Source: Azolla caroliniana
Taxonomy: Eukaryota; Plantae; Polypodiophyta
DNA length: 64,000 nt
Reading direction: 5' to 3'
NCBI GenBank assembly: GCA_043228905.1
Contig: JBHGNT010000014.1
Span: 8,370,001-8,434,000, forward strand
Shown: positions 1 to 14,532 of the stretch, in pieces
How the letters are laid out: every line of letters starts with the position of its first letter
How positions within the stretch are numbered: the stretch's first letter is position 1
Notes under the pieces: model-generated
Databases searched by the model: none
The model's input: only the letters and a program-made list of their open reading frames with translations
Told to the model about the DNA's origin: nothing
Program-made: the position numbers and the translations under genes

Positions 1-3000
1 TCGTCTTTTTCTTCCATCCGTACCGTTCCGGGACAGGTTCCCGGTATAGTGCCGGTGAGCTGCATAAACGGGTTCTTTGGCATCGGTCCTTTATAGGGCT
101 TTAGTCGAAATCCGTTCACCCACTTGCCTAGTACTTCACCGGCAAGTGTCCCTATCTGATAGGACCCGTTGTATTCCCGTGTCAGCCAATACGGGCCTGT
201 CCATCTGAACCGGAGTTTACCCGGCATCTTGCCCATCCTCGTTTGGAATACTAGAACCGGCTTTCCGATTTCGAACATCTTTTCGTTACCTTTCCGGTGA
301 CGGTCAACGAACGCTTTCCGTCGTCGTTGCTCCAGGTCCATGTGTAGGATGTTGGCCAGCCATTGCTCCTCCAGTTCGCATAGTGCTGCTAGCGGCATTT
401 CCTCCGACTTCTTTTCATTCAGCCGTTCCCGTAGTTGGATCCGTAAGCTTGGTACCTGAAATTCCACCGGCATGACTGCCTCTAAGACGAACGCTAACCG
501 GAACGGCGTTGTCCGGATACTTGTTTTGTATGCCGTTCGGTACGCCCATAGCGCGCTATGGAGCTTTGTGTCCCAGTCCGTCCGGTTTTCATTGACGATT
601 TTGCGGAGAATGTTCTACAGCGTTTTGTTGGTGGACTCTGCTAACCCGTTCGCTTGTGGGTAGTACGGTGTGCTCCGTTTATGAACCACGGCATAGAACG
701 TTGTTAAGCTTTCCACTACCTGGCCGAGGAAGTGCCCTCCTTGGTCGCTGATTAATTCAATCGGACATCCATATCGGCACCAAATGTTCTCGTACAGGAA
801 TTTTGTTGTGGATGACGCGGTATTGTCTCTCAAGGCCTTAGCCTCCACCCATTTAGTGCAATAATCCGTTGCCACGATGACATAACGATTACCCGTTCTC
901 ATTGCCGGTGGCTTGAACGGTCCGACAAAATCCAACCCCCACTTCTGGAATGGCTCTAGTGGAAGTACTGGTTGGTGTGGCGTCCGTGCTTGCTCCGTAG
1001 GCTGGCCCATTTGCTGGCATAGGTCACATTCCTTAGCATACTTGACGGCGTCTTTTAACGTCGTGGGCCACCATAAGCCGCTCTGCCATACTTTCCTTGC
1101 CGTCGCTTCCCCGGCATAGTGTCCTCCGGCAACCCCACAGTGTGCTTCCCGTAAGATTACTTCTTTCTCGTCACTACGGACTGCCCATCTCCATATTCCA
1201 TCTGCTCCTTTGTGGTAGAGAGTGTCCCGTAACAGACAGAAATTGCGGCTCTGCACCGCCAGTCGTTTCCTCTCGTCCCGGTTCATTTCCTCTGGTGGCA
1301 GGCCCGTGCTTAGGAACTGGTGCATGTTTGTCAGCCACCTATCTTCTGATGCCACCGTGTCGTCCGCTGCCGTTTCCGGGGTAATACGGAATAACTCTGC
1401 GTCCGGGAATTCATCCGCTACTCCGTCGCCTGGTTCTCCGGACTCTAACCGGCTCAGGTAGTCTGCTACGGCATGCTGGATACCGGGCCGGTGGAAAATC
1501 TCGAATTCGAACTCCTGCAACAGCAAGGTCCAACGGGCCAACTTACCGGTCAGGGACGCCTTGGACACTAAGTACAGGAGCGCCGAGTGATCCACATGAA
1601 AGGAGAACTTCCTTCCCAATAGGTAATGACGAAACTTTGTGACACTGTAGATCATGCCCAGGGCCTCCCGTTCCGTCGTTGAATAGTTCTTCTCCGCTTG
1701 GGACAGCTTCCGGCTGGCGTAATATACCGGCCGGTACCATTTGGGCTCCGTAAGTTGCATTAAGGCGCTGCCGATAGCGATGTCGGAAGCGTCAACGAAC
1801 ACATGAAATTCCTTGCTCCAATCCGGAGGCTGCACGACGGGTGCTTGCGATAAAAGTACCTTAAGGGCATTGTATGCCTTATCCTCCGTATCCGTCCATT
1901 GGAACGGTGTCTGATGTACCGCGGTGTGTAATGGTGTAGCCAAGTCAGCCAAGTGACGGAGCATCCGGCTGTGCCACCGGATCTGTCCTAAAAATCGGCT
2001 TAGTGCTTTGGCCGTTTTCGGCGCCGGTGCCCCTAGTATCGCGTTTACTTTGTCCGGGTCGACCGCAATGCCCTCCTTACTTACAATGTGTCCCAGCAAT
2101 ATTCCACTTGAAACTCCAAAGATGCATTTTGCTGGGTTTAAGCTTAGCCGGTATAACCTACACTTTTCAAAGCATAACCGTAGGTGCTGCAAATGGTCCT
2201 TTCCCCGGCTATAGACTGCAAAATCATCCAGGAAAACCTGCATGAAGGCAGGAATGTATTCGCCGAAGATCTCCATGATGATTCGCTGGAAAGTTGCTGG
2301 TGCCGTTTTTAGGTCGAACATCATTACTTCGGCCACAAACACCCCCCATTCGGTGACGAACGCTGTCTTCTCCTGGTCGTCAGGGTGCATCCGGATTTGA
2401 TTGTAACCGCTGAACCCGTCTAAAAAGCTATAAACTTCATGGCCGGCGACGGCATCCAGTACTCCGTCCGTGAACGGAAGAGGGAATGCATCCGTAATTG
2501 TGGCTGCATTTAGTTTCCGGTAATCTACACACACGCGGATTTTACCGTTCTTCTTTGGGACGACGACGATGGGGCTCAGCCACGTCGCTTTCTTTACCGG
2601 CCGGATGAAGCCCACTCTTAGGAGTTTGTCGATTTCCTCCTTCACTTTGGCGGCGTAGTTGGGGTTCATTCGGTAACGTCTTTGCGCCACTGGTTTCGCG
2701 TCCTTGCCTAAGTGGATCTGATGTTGATATAATTGAGGGTCCAGCCCTCGCATGTCTTCGTATGACCAGGCGAATACGTCGCGAAACTCCGTGAGAAGTT
2801 TGATCATCGCCGCTTTATCTTCCGGATTCATTTCTTTGGCGATGTGTACCGGCTTTGATTCGTCCTTGCTTCCTAGGTTCACTTCGTCGAGCTGGGATGC
2901 TTTTACCCATTGGGAAACGGCCATTTCCCGTTCCAACGCTTCCTGTGCTTGCCGTAATTCCCGAATCGCATCTTTGTCTGGTTCGGCTTCGGTTTCGTCC

Positions 3001-5012
3001 CACTACGGCAAGTATGGCGCTACGGCTTCAGCCACGTCTATCTCGAAGAGTGGTACGATCTTCGGGTGTTCCTCCAAGTACTGGGCTTCTTCGTCGTCTG
3101 CCAACCCTTCCAGCATGTTCACGCATTCCGCATATAGCGGTGTGCATTCCTTACCGTTGCTCGTCCGTGGTTGTGTCGGAACCCGGACCTTGGCTTTTCC
3201 GCGCCGGAAGGTAATCATATTTTTCCGCCAATTTTGCTTGATGTGTGCTGTTTTCAACCATGGTCTGCCCAGCAACAGTGGGTACGCGCCTTGCGTCTGT
3301 AGCTACAGCACTACAGCTGAGATGTGAAATGTGTGACCTCCTATGGTGACTTCCAATTTCCGTATTAAGCCCGTCGGTCGTACAGAGCTCGTATCCGCCA
3401 TCCGTAGCCAGAACGGACATGGCTCCCATTCATGTATACCCAAGGCATTACACGTGTGGAGGCTTATTACGTTCACCCCGGAACCTCCATCGATTACTGT
3501 GCCGGGAAGTTCGTGCCCTTTGACAATAGTTGTAATCACCGGACTGCTAGTGTCCACTACCGTCGGTCCCTCCTCCGGGTTCGAGAAGAGGACTGGTGCC
3601 GGTGGGGCTATACCGTCTGTCATGCCCGTTTTTAGTCCTTCCGTAAATCGCGGCACAAGCTGCAAGAGTCTTCCTAACGGCAACGTGATCTGACATTCTT
3701 GCAGTGCTTGCCATGTCTCGTTTTCTGGGTGGCTACCGCCGGTACTCCCTATGGTATTCGCCTTTTGCCGTTCCGCGTCCGCGACGTTCCTTTCATTGGC
3801 TTCCTTCACCCATTCCGTCGCCTGTTTTCGTATGGCCTCTTGTGTTTCCCACTCTTTGGCCATGCCTTTCGACCGTGTGGTTACTTGCTGTACATCCGTC
3901 ACTTCCGGAACCACCATATTAACTGCTGGTCGTTTCTCGTAGCTCTTTACCGGGCACTGGTTACTGTAGTGGCCTTCCTGCCTGCAGTAGTAGCAGTACT
4001 CTTTACGGGTATTGCTGGATTCAGCATTGCTGGTAGCCGGAGTCGGTCCCGTAGTGAGTGGTGCGTTCTGTGCCGGTTGGCTCCTTGGGGTTCCATGTTC
4101 CGGGTCCCTAGGGTGACCACCTTTCTTGAAATTACGTTTCTTATTATTCTTATGTTTATTTCGGTAGTCCGGTCGTGGTGGATCGTAAAATCGGCCGTAG
4201 TCCTCCTGGTGCCTTCGGTAACCAGGGGAATGGTCCCTGTCGTATTGCTCCTGTCGCCTGTTGGGCTCCCGATAACGGTCCGATCGCTCATACCGGTCGT
4301 AGTTATCATGCCGATTCCCGTACCGGCCCTCATTCTCTTGTCTGTCTCCGTACCGGACATCCTGTGCCGGTCGGTACCGGTTCATTCTTTGCCACCGATC
4401 GTCATCTTCGTCTCGGCTGCTTCTTGGCTCGATCCGTCGGACGGGTGGTGCTTGTCGGTTTAACAGGTTATACTCGCACCGGTCCGTTGTATGACTCTTG
4501 GATTGACAAATCACACACTGAGTGCGCATGGTGCACTCTACTGCCGAGTGTCCGGCATTCAAGCAGATTGTGCATTGAATTGCCTGCCGGAACCGGAGAT
4601 CTTCCTCGGTGGGTAACGCCCGTTGCAGTGTTCCCAGCGTAAGCCATGAGCTTGTCTTTTCCATTTCTCTGACCCGGTCAATGACCTGGTCGATGGTGCA
4701 TCCTCGAAAGTCGATCACCGTACACACCGTGCGTAATGGTTCCCGGAGTGCGTTTAAAAATATCGTCCGTAATTCCTCCTCCGGGGGTGCACGGGCAAGC
4801 TGGCTATGCATTCGTTGGAAACGGATGACGAATTGGGGAATGCTTTCTCCTGCCTCCTGTCGGATCGGATAAAACAGGCCCACCATTGTCGTCTGGTCGA
4901 CCTCCTTGTGGAAAAAATGCAAGAATTTTGCTTTTAATTCTGCAAAGGTTGTGATGGTCGCCGGGTCCTGCGTCCGCCGCCATCGTGTCGCCGGTCCCTC
5001 CAACGTGACTCC
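1..5012 (-). pseudogene. Gypsy gag(3')-protease-RT-RNaseH-integrase polyprotein with premature stops
   Basis: ORFs 3303..5273, 3003..3275 and 615..2936 lie in one frame, separated by TAG stops at about 3303, 3003 and 615. Integrase C-terminus continues to the window edge. Confidence 0.9.
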
Positions 5013-8000
5013 TGTTGGGATTACGGTCCCTTCGCATGGGATGGTCGGATATCGGAGATGAATGCCGACGAGCCCGGTTTCGGTTTCAGATCCGGATGAC
5101 GAAGACCCCGGTTTCGGTACCGGATGACGAATGTACCCGGAGAGCGATCCGGATGCAGGGACATATCCGTGAATATGTTCGCTATGGGCCCTTGAGGCTA
5201 CAGTTGTAAATAGCCCAAAGTCATATAAGTATAAATATGACTTAGGGCAAACAGTTTTGTTGTTGCTTCTCATTTTTCTGTTTTTCCACTCAAGAGGAGT
5301 GAAGTGTAAGCAGCCGTGAGAGAGAGAGAGAGAGAGATAGAGCGCGAGAGAGGAAGAGGTAGACGCCTCTGTGTATTTCCGCCGCCTGTGGCGAGGACAG
5401 CGAGCTCAAGGTCGTCGCCTTGCAGCTCGCCATTGTATACTTCTCTGTATAGTGTTGGGTTGGAGTCTTGTACTCCCGTGGTTTTTCCCGTCTGGGTTTT
5501 CCACGTTAATCCCTGTGTACTCGCGTTCTTGTTTTTTTTTTCTTTCGTGTGGTTCCTATTTTCTGCTGCATTGATCCGCGATTACTCGGTTGTGGCCGAG
5601 AGAAGAAGGTGAATCGAAGCGTCTATTCCTTTAAAACTGGTATCAGAGCGACTGTTGCAGAAAATGGAAGGCGGCGGCAGCGGGCAGCCGGGGATGATGG
5701 TGCTGAATGCACAGAATTACGCCGACTGGAAGATCAAGATGGAGGATCTTCTGATTGTTCGGGACCTGTACGAACCGATTGACAGGTCGGAAATACCGAA
5801 GGGGGTACTTGAGTCGAAGTGGAAGCTCCTGAACCGGAAAGCCGTAGCGACGATCCGACAATATGTCGATGTAAGCGTCCTACAACATGTGGCGAACGAC
5901 ACCAACGCATATGAGATGTGGAAGAAGCTGTCGGGCCTCTACGAGAGGAAGAATGCGTTGAACCGGACCTCCCTGATGAGGAAGATAGTGAATCTCAAGT
6001 ACCGGGACGGCGAGAGTATGGTGGAACACGTAAGCACGTTCATGGGATTCGTGAATCAGCTTGCAGCGATCAAGTTCCCGTTGGAGGATGCAATGCAAGC
6101 CATCATCCTGATGTGTACATTGCCAGAAAGCTGGGAGAACTTGGTGGTGACTCTCAGCACCTCCTGCACCGAAGATAACTTGTCCCTACAAACGGTAAAG
6201 ACAAGTATTTTGAACGAAGAAGCGCGTCGGAGAGATAAGGAACCGTCCTCCGACCCGAAGATATTGTTTACCGAATCGGATCGGGGAAGACAATGGAACC
6301 GGAGTCCGCAAAGACGGGAGAAGTCGGGGACCCGGTCGCAGTCAAGAGGAAGGCCCACATGCTTCCACTGTGGGAAGCCGGGGCACTTCCGAAAGAATTG
6401 TCGGCATTACCGAAAAGACAATGGAACCGACAACACCGATTCGAAGAAGTCACCGGAGAGAAACGGTGCATACCGGGGAGCCACGGACCGAAATGGTTCG
6501 GATCGGCGAGGACAGGACCGGAAAGGAACGACGGCACTCGCGGCAAGTGAAGAGGAGATCATGCTCATCACCGAAGAAGGTGAACTAAACATTGCCGGCG
6601 ATGAGACGACCTGGGTGGTCGATTCCGGAGCATCGTTCCACCTGACCCCGGAGAGAAGATACTTCTCATCCTACACAGCCGGCGAGCATGGTTGTGTTCG
6701 GATGGGAAACGAAGGTACGTGCCGGATTGCCGGCATAGGAGACGTGTGGTTGACAACCCCGACCGGATGCAAAATGCTGCTGAAGAATGTCCGACACGTT
6801 CCGGAGGTCCGATTGAACCTGATTTCGGCCGGGAGGCTAGATGATGAAGGCTACACGGGTAGCATCCGGAACGGTGTCATGAAGTTCAGCAAGGGGAGCT
6901 TGATAGTGGCTCGGGCCCGGAAGGTCAACACACTGTACCTGATGAATGCCCGGTTATGTCCGGAAGAGCTGAATGTGGCAGCCGACACTGCCGGTGAGCT
7001 GTGGCACAAAAGACTGTGCCACATGAGTGAGAAGGGGATGAAGAGGCTTGCAGAAGACAACCTTATTCCGGTGAAGCATGTGCACCTGGAGAAGTGCACC
7101 GACTGCCTGGCCGGTAAGCAGAACCGAACCTCCTTCCACTCAAGGCCACCGACGAGACGTAGCGCACCATTGGAGTTGGTGCACACTGATGTGTGTCAGG
7201 TAGAAACGAAGTCACATGGCGGAGCCCAGTACTTCGTAACATTCATTGATGATCACAGCCGGAAGCTGTGGACGGCACCGTTGAAGACAAAGGACCAAGT
7301 GTTGTGCGTCTTCAAAGAACTCCACGCGAGAGTGGAAAGGGAATCCGGCAAGAAGCTGAAAGCGATACGAGCGGACAACGGAGGGGAATACCGAGGGCAG
7401 TTCCAGGAGTACTGTCGCTCGAAGGGAATCCGACTCGAGTTTACTGTGCCGAAGACGCCGGAACTGAACGGGCTGGCCGAGAGGATGAACCGGACCATAA
7501 TGGAGAGGGTTCGGAGTATGCTGGCGCATGCGAAATTACCCAAGGGGTTTTGGGCTGAGGCAATGTCGACGGCGACATATGTGATAAACCGATCACCCTC
7601 AGTACCTTTGGACGGAGACACGCCGCAGAGAGTGTGGACCGGTAGGGAAGTATCCTACCGGCATCTGAAGGTGTTCGGGTGTCTCGCATACGTGCACGTG
7701 GCGAAGGACCGGAGAGGAAAGCTAGATCCGAAGACCCGGCCATGCATATTCCTCGGTTACGGCGACGACGAGTTCGGCTACCGAGTATGGGACCCGGTCG
7801 ACAAGAAGATATTCAGGAGTCGAGATATCGTCTTTATGGAGGACAAGACACTCGCCGACTGGGAGTCGGAGAAGAAGATGAAGAGCTCCAAGTCGACCGG
7901 TGAGGATAAACTCTACGAGGAGCAGTCCCGACCGGCAAGGGACCGGTTAGCACTCGAGGACCCGGCCGAAGACGGTGAAGAAACAGAACCGGCCGAAGAA

Positions 8001-10371
8001 GATGAAAATGATACCGGAACCGGCCCCGATCCCGAAATGGATTCGGATGAAGAAGAAGAATCGGAAGAACCGGTTACCGAAGCTCCCGAACGGAGATATC
8101 CTCTAAGAGAGAGGAGAGCCCCCCGGAGATTTCCGGAACCAGAGCACGTGCTGCTAACCGACGAAGGGGAGCCGGAGAGCTTTGAAGAAGCAAAGCATGA
8201 CACCCAGAGCCGCAGGTGGTTGAGTGCCATGCAGGACGAGATGGATTCCCTGCATGAGAACCTCACATATGAACTTGTGGAGTTGCCGAAAGGAAAGCGG
8301 GCACTTCGAAACAAGTGGGTGTTCAAGCTGAAACCGGGAGATGCCGGAAACCCCCCGAGATATAAAGCCAGGATCGTGGTGAAGGGGTTTCAGCAGAAGA
8401 AGGGCGTCGACTTCGACGAGATATTTGCCCCGGTAGTGAAGATGACCTCCATCCGGACGGTGCTGAGCATAGCGGCAAGCATGGACCTCGAGGTAGAACA
8501 GATGGACGTGAAGACGGCATTCCTTCACGGTGACCTCGAAGAAGAGATTTACATGCAGCAACCGGAAGGATTCGAGAAGAAAGGGAAGGAGCACCTGGTA
8601 TGCCGGTTGAAGAAGAGCCTTTACGGACTGAAGCAGGCTCCCCGGCAATGGTACCGGAAGTTCGACTCCTTCATGACCGACGAAGGGTACCTCAAAACGC
8701 AGTCCGACCACTGCGCGTTTGTGAAGAAATTCGAAGGAGGAGACTTTCTAATACTCCTCCTGTACGTGGACGACATGTTGATCGTCGGACGGGACCAGGT
8801 CAAGATACGGATGCTGAAGAAGGCTCTTCACCGAACCTTCTCAATGAAGGACCTGGGTCCGGCGAGGCAAATACTAGGGATGCACATCATCCGGGACCGG
8901 AAGAAGAAGCAGTTGTGGCTGTCACAGGAGAAGTACGTGACGAAGGTGCTTCACCGGTTCAACATGTCGGAAGCAAGACCGGTCGGATCGACCCTCCCGG
9001 CAAACTGCAAGCTGTCCAGCAAGCAAAGTCCCAAGACAAAGGCTGAAAAGGAGGATATGATGAAAGTGCCGTATGCCTCAGCCGTCGGGAGCTTGATGTA
9101 CGCCATGGTGTGTACGAGACCGGACATAGCATATGCAGTCGGAGTGGTGAGCCGGTACATGAGCAATCCCGGCAAAGAGCATTGGAACGCGGTCAAGTGG
9201 ATACTCCGATACCTGAAGGGCACAGCGAATGTGTGCCTCCGATTCGGCTCCGGTAAACCCGAACTCGACGGTTTCACCGATTCGGATATGTCGGCTGATG
9301 CAGATACCAGCCGGTCCACATCAGGGTATGTGATGACGTATGCAGGGGGAGTTGTTTCATGGCAGTCGAGGCTGCAGAAGACGGTTGCGTTGTCAACCAC
9401 GGAGGCGGAGTACATGGCGGCTGTTGAAGCCGGCAAGGAAATAATATGGATGAAGGACTTCATTAGAGAGCTCGGTATCCAATAGGAGGAGTACCGACTC
9501 TACTGTGACAGTCAGAGTGCAATCCACCTTGCGAAGAACGCGGCCTATCACTCCCGGACGAAGCACATCCAGCGAAGATATCACTGGATCCGGGAAAGGA
9601 TAGAAGACAAGGAGTTCGTGCTGACAAAGATCCACACGGACGAGAACGGGTCGGATATGCTGACCAAGGTCCTCACACCCGACAAGCTGGAAGCATGCCG
9701 GAAGAGGGTCGGATTGGAGAGACATCCCATGCCGAAGTGAAGGGGGAGTTTGTTGGGATTACGGTCCCTTCGCATGGGATGGTCGGATATCGGAGATGAA
9801 TGCCGACGAGCCCGGTTTCGGTTTCGGATCCGGATGACGAAGACCCCGGTTTCGGTACCGGATGACGAATGTACCCGGAGAGCGATCCGGATGCAGGGAC
9901 ATATCCGTGAATATGTTCGCTATGGGCCCCTGAGGTTACAGTTGTAAATAGCCCAAAGTCATATAAGTATAAATATGACTTAGGGCAAACAGTTTTGTTG
10001 TTGCTTCTCATTTTTCTGTTTTTCCACTCAAGAGGAGTGAAGTGTAAGCAGCCGTGAGAGAGAGAGAGAGAGAGATAGAGCGCGAGAGAGGAAGAGGTAG
10101 ACGCCTCTGTGTATTTCCGCCGCCTGTGGCGAGGACAGCGAGCTCAAGGTCGTCGCCTTGCAGCTCGCCATTGTATACTTCTCTGTATAGTGTTGGGTTG
10201 GAGTCTTGTACTCCCGTGGTTTTTCCCGTCTGGGTTTTCCACATTAATCCCTGTGTACTCGCGTTCTTGTTTTTTTTTCTTTCGTGTGGTTCCTATTTTC
10301 TGCTGCATTGATCCGCGATTACTCGGTTGTGGCCGAGAGAAGAAGGTGAATCGAAGCGTCTATTCCTTTCA
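5013..10371 (+). mobile_element. Full-length young Ty1/Copia LTR retrotransposon (Tork/Tnt1-like)
   Basis: LTRs 5013-5634 and 9751-10371 differ by about 5 substitutions plus 1 indel (counted by eye). TSD ACTCC at 5008-5012 and 10372-10376. PBS TGGTATCAGAGC (tRNA-iMet) at 5638-5649. PPT at about 9736-9750. Confidence 0.97.
5655..9740 (+). pseudogene. Copia gag-PR-INT-RT-RNaseH polyprotein with one premature TAG (9483-9485)
   Basis: CFHCGKPGHFRKNC, VDSGAS, VHTDV/DNGGEY, YVDD, TDSD. The RNase H frame continues after the TAG (YCDSQSAIHL...KHI) to a TGA at 9738-9740. Confidence 0.93.
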
Positions 10372-11138
10372 ACTCCGAATTCCGCTATCTTCGAGCGTTC
10401 TTCTTCCTCCGGTGTCATTCGCTGGGACGTGTGATTTGCTTCCCATGTCTGCTCGAAGTCATGAACATGCGCTTCCGCGTCCGGATCATCGCGATACTTT
10501 GAGTATTGGAACGGCATGTCGTCGTCCAGTATTAGGCCGCGGTTTAGTGGCGTTTGTTGATATCTTTCCGGTTTTTCCTCCGGTTCCACTTCCGGTTCTT
10601 GTGCCGGTGCTTTTTCCGGTTCCTTCACCGGCTCTCCTTCCGGTACCTTTGCCGGCTCTTTCGTTGGTGTTGGTGGCTTTGCTTCTTCCACTTCCGGTGT
10701 TGGTGGGTTGACGGCTTCCGTTTGCGGTTCCGGATAGCCCTGGTTGAGCGGTTCCGGTTCTGGAGTCGGTACGGTATCCGACCCGTCGTCCTCCGGGCCG
10801 CCGGGGGTATCGTTGCTGCTCCGGTAGTTCGTGTGCACGTTGTATCCCCCTTCGGAATCCGATTCGTAGGCTGAAAAGGCTTCTGCCTCGTTTTCTCCGC
10901 CTGCCAGCGCCTCGAGGAGGTGTTCGGTTTCCCGGAGACTACTTAGACTGCTTTCGTCGTCCTGGTCGCGTGTTTGCCGTAACCGAAGGGATTCCTCCGC
11001 GACTCTCCGGATCTCGTTGGAGAACGAACGATCCGAGCGAATTTCGTGCGCTGCTTGCTGGAAAGTCTCACGCCGTCTTTGTCGTTCGGTGAGGCGTCGA
11101 GCTCGGTCTGTAACCAAGTCGTGCGTTGGTCTAGTCAT
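10372..11138 (-). pseudogene. Gypsy gag N-terminal part, split by the Copia insertion
   Basis: ORF 10293..11138 is homologous to gag 24302..25327 (MTRPT..., AEAHV..F.QTWEANH). Confidence 0.85.
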
Positions 11139-11189
11139 CCATTACCGTCGTTCGCTGCGAGAAAGCAGGAATCGTGGTCGCCAAAACTG

Positions 11190-11608
11190 TGTTATTCTCT
11201 GACCGGACAAGGCCTAACACAAGGTGTCACAGAGACACTTCACCAAAGGGTGATTACGGCATAGGAATAGTATTCAACGATTACACCGACTTACGTAGGT
11301 TACACGATTAGAATGCTTTGGTTAATTACACGCGTAAGATATAACAGTAATTACAGAACGGAAATCAAGACAGAAGTATAAACATCATAAGCTCTATTAA
11401 TTATCCGTTGCGATTACAATGGGGTCCGGGCCTTTAAATAGGTTTCCGGCCCGTAGTACAAAACGGTGCCTATCGCACCTATTCGGGATCCGTCCGGATC
11501 TGGAACGGCATACCGTTTCCAGTCCGTCCGTCCACACTATGCTTATTTACAACCATACTTAATTAACTCCTTCACTCCGTATTTTGGACTCCATGCCGGC
11601 CGGTAACA
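11190..11608 (-). repeat. 5' LTR of the Athila-like element (about 419 bp)
   Basis: TG...CA termini on the minus strand, next to the PBS. Its 3' end resembles the LTR end at 24200-24246. Confidence 0.8.
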
Positions 11609-13436
11609 ATTGATCCCTCGCAGGCAACCTATTCAAAGTCGCAACAACCAGGTACGGACTATCGACAATTCAAATGTCATGACGGATTACTATTCTTTAA
11701 GAAACTCTTGTATGTTCCCAATGGTTCTTGTCGTCTTCGAGTAGTCCAAAATTGTCATGACACATATACAACTGGACATTTTGGTAGTACTAAAATGTTG
11801 GATTTCGTACAACGATCATTTTGGTGGCCTCATATGCGACGATTTGTCGAAGACTATGTTTAGACATGTGATACATGTTGCAAAGCAAAGAGGCCAAGAC
11901 ATCATCCATATGGTTTATTGGAACCATTACCAATTCCAAGCAAGCCATGGCAATCCATTTCTCTAGATTTTATCACAGATCTTCCAATTTCAAAGGGATT
12001 TGATGTCATCTTAACAATAGTGGATCGATATACTAAGATGGCACATTTCCTGCCTTGTACTAAGGCAATTGCTAGTGAAGAAACTGCCAAAATTATCATG
12101 CGTGAGGTATTTCGGCATCATGGCCTCCCGGATAGTATCATCAACGACCGTGGACCTCAATTCGTCTCAAAAGTTGGGAAGAATCTCTTCAAAATGCTCA
12201 AGGTCACTTGTAACCTCTCCTCCGGCTATCACTTTCAATCAAACGGCGAAGCAGAATGAACAAATCAAACGATGCAACAGTATCTTCAGTGTTTTCTAAG
12301 CTATGAACAAGATGATTGGGCGGATATTCTCCACTTTGTCGAATTTGCTTAGAATAACTTTATCCAGTCATCGACTAGGGTTACACCATTTTATGCTTAT
12401 ACAAGTTATCATCCTCGATGGTCTATGTTCAAAACTCCTGACTTACCCACAAATCCTCGTGCAGAGGATCATTTGGAGAGATTATGCAAGATACAGGCAA
12501 ACCTATCTACCCATTTACATCAAGCTCAACAAACACAAAAGGCTTATGCGGATCGTCATCGACTTCCATCCTGTTTTGACATTGGAAATCGGGTATGGCT
12601 ATTACGACGACACATCAAGACTACTTGACCATGCAATAAATTGGATTATCCTTGACCATGTAATAAATTGGATTATCGACTATTAGGTCCTTTCCGTATT
12701 ATCGAATAAATTAATGATGTCACGTTTCTTCTTGATCTACCTCCGCAACTACGGTTACATCTGGTTTTTCATAGTTATCTTCTCGAACCCTATCAAGACA
12801 ACACTATTCCGAATCGTATTACACCACCTCCACTCCCGATTGAGCTTGAAGCAGGACCTGAGTACGAAGTTGTTGCCATCCTTGATTCCAAGATTGTTCG
12901 CAACAAGCTCTTCTATTTGGTCGATTGGCTAGGCTATAGTCCAAGCAAGCGTACTTGGGAACCAGTCGAGAATGTTGCAAATGCTCAAGCTCTTAACAAG
13001 GGGGGGGGGGGGGGGGGGGTAGAATCATGATACGACATGGTATGGCTCCGAAAGGATTCGAACCCATGAACTTGTGTTACATGGGTTAAACCCTTGCCAT
13101 TAAACCATGAATTGTAATATGAAATATATTAGTTTCATTTATTATTTCTATAGGAAAATCATGTATGTTCTAGATTACTCTGGAACATTCTAGAAACTTC
13201 AAGATTAATCTGGACAACACTATAAATAGAGGCATAAGGCATTATTTCGAACCAATTCGGTTCAACACCAATCTTAAGCCTCCTAGCTATTCTTGTATAT
13301 TCTCTTCATATAATATATCATTTGTTATCATCATTCTCTCTCTCTCCTCTAGAGAGTTCTACACCCTCCTTCCCTCTTCGTATTAATCCTCATCTCTAGT
13401 ACTAATTCCCTCTCTATCTTAGTACTATTCCTGACA
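11609..13436 (+). mobile_element. Degenerate chromovirus (Gypsy, Tcn1-like) 3' part: integrase, chromodomain, PPT and 3' LTR
   Basis: PWQSISLDFITDLP and DRGPQF integrase motifs. Chromodomain-like EYEVVAILDSKIVRNKLFYLVDWLGY...TWEP at about 12860-12990. G20 PPT at 13000-13019. LTR about 13023-13436 ends TTCCTGACA and is homologous to the LTR at 63026-63471. Confidence 0.85.
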
Positions 13437-14532
13437 ATAGTACACATTCTCTCTCTTCCTTTTCCTCTCACGTTTTCGCTCCATCCCTTATCCTATTTTC
13501 ACCCCCATTTCCCACCCTCAGCACATCACATCACAACAACGTGGATGTGCAGGATCTACTGCCAAATCAATAGGTCGACCAAGGATAATGGATTATGTTG
13601 TTTTGGGTGTAAGAGATGGATATCCATCAATTAATTGACAATGCTCGCACCTCCTTTTAGGTTCCACCATGTTCGAGCATCTAATATGGGCCATTGGGAT
13701 AAACCATTATATATCACAAATCCACATGCACTTCCCAAGGCTAAAAAGTGTTTGCCATATTCTGTTACCTCACTCATGTCTTGCACGTGTTGCTTTAGAC
13801 CAACTACTTTTGCCATAACTTCTCTATACATAGCTTCGCTTTTGCCAAATATAGTTGTTTTGTTATCCTTAGTTCAAGCATCAAAGTCTCTTGATAATAT
13901 TATTAAATTGCGTGTCAAGATCATGATAGTCCATGCACGTATCATTCTCTCTATCCAGTCACATTTGTCCCTTTAAAATATTAGTGAACATATCCTTCAC
14001 TTATGTTTTGTAAACATAAGTGACCTACCCTCCCCTACCTGAGTTATGCGTACATAACCCTGACTCCCATCTATATCCTTGTACATTGAGAAGTCTACTA
14101 GCAATAAATTGATGGGTCTCTATATACATAACAACTATCCTCAAAGAGCCATTGCAATTCCATATAGCCATGCTCAAGGCCTCATAACCCATGGATTATC
14201 ATGCAACCCTCTTCTCTATACTAATGAATTTCCTATGTCCTTTTCTTTTGTTGACTGCTTGTGCAATGTTTTCTTTGGGATGTGTTACTTGAGATATAGT
14301 ACGATCATCATCTAAATATATGTTCTCACTTGTGAGTACCCTCCTTTGGTTAAGAATTCATTTTTTCCATATTTTTGAAGTGGATGATCGAGGCTTTAGT
14401 TAGGTTATCAACCAAAATAATGGTCTTCACAAATACAATGAATAACTATATAAACATACAAGTGTAGTATGAATCTAACATAGAATTTAGACATGTCCAC
14501 TTATCAAAATATAGGAGTGTGACGTTGAGAGT

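Larger units (their letters stand above)
1..11608 (-). mobile_element. Ty3/Gypsy LTR retrotransposon (Athila-like non-chromovirus), interrupted by a Copia element; 3' end lies outside the window
   Basis: 5' LTR 11190-11608 (TGTTAC...TAACA on minus strand) followed by PBS TGGCGACCAC (tRNA-Arg-like). gag at 11138->10372 rejoins in frame at 5012 (EFGV|TLEG). Then CCHC knuckle, protease (IDGGSG), RT (FLDD), RNase H and integrase (HHCC, GLDFVGP, ISDQG), in Gypsy order. Confidence 0.93.

Noticed and set aside
5013-5273. N-terminus of ORF 3303..5273 as a novel gag leader
   Set aside because: It is the antisense Copia LTR. The true gag start is at 11138.
9483-9485. Programmed stop-codon readthrough in Copia pol
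   Set aside because: The stop lies within RNase H. Similar TAG/TGA lesions occur in most elements here, consistent with C->T decay.
13560-14000. Possible hAT transposase remnant (DARTWWNLKGG)
   Set aside because: Motif too short and no TIR or TSD found.
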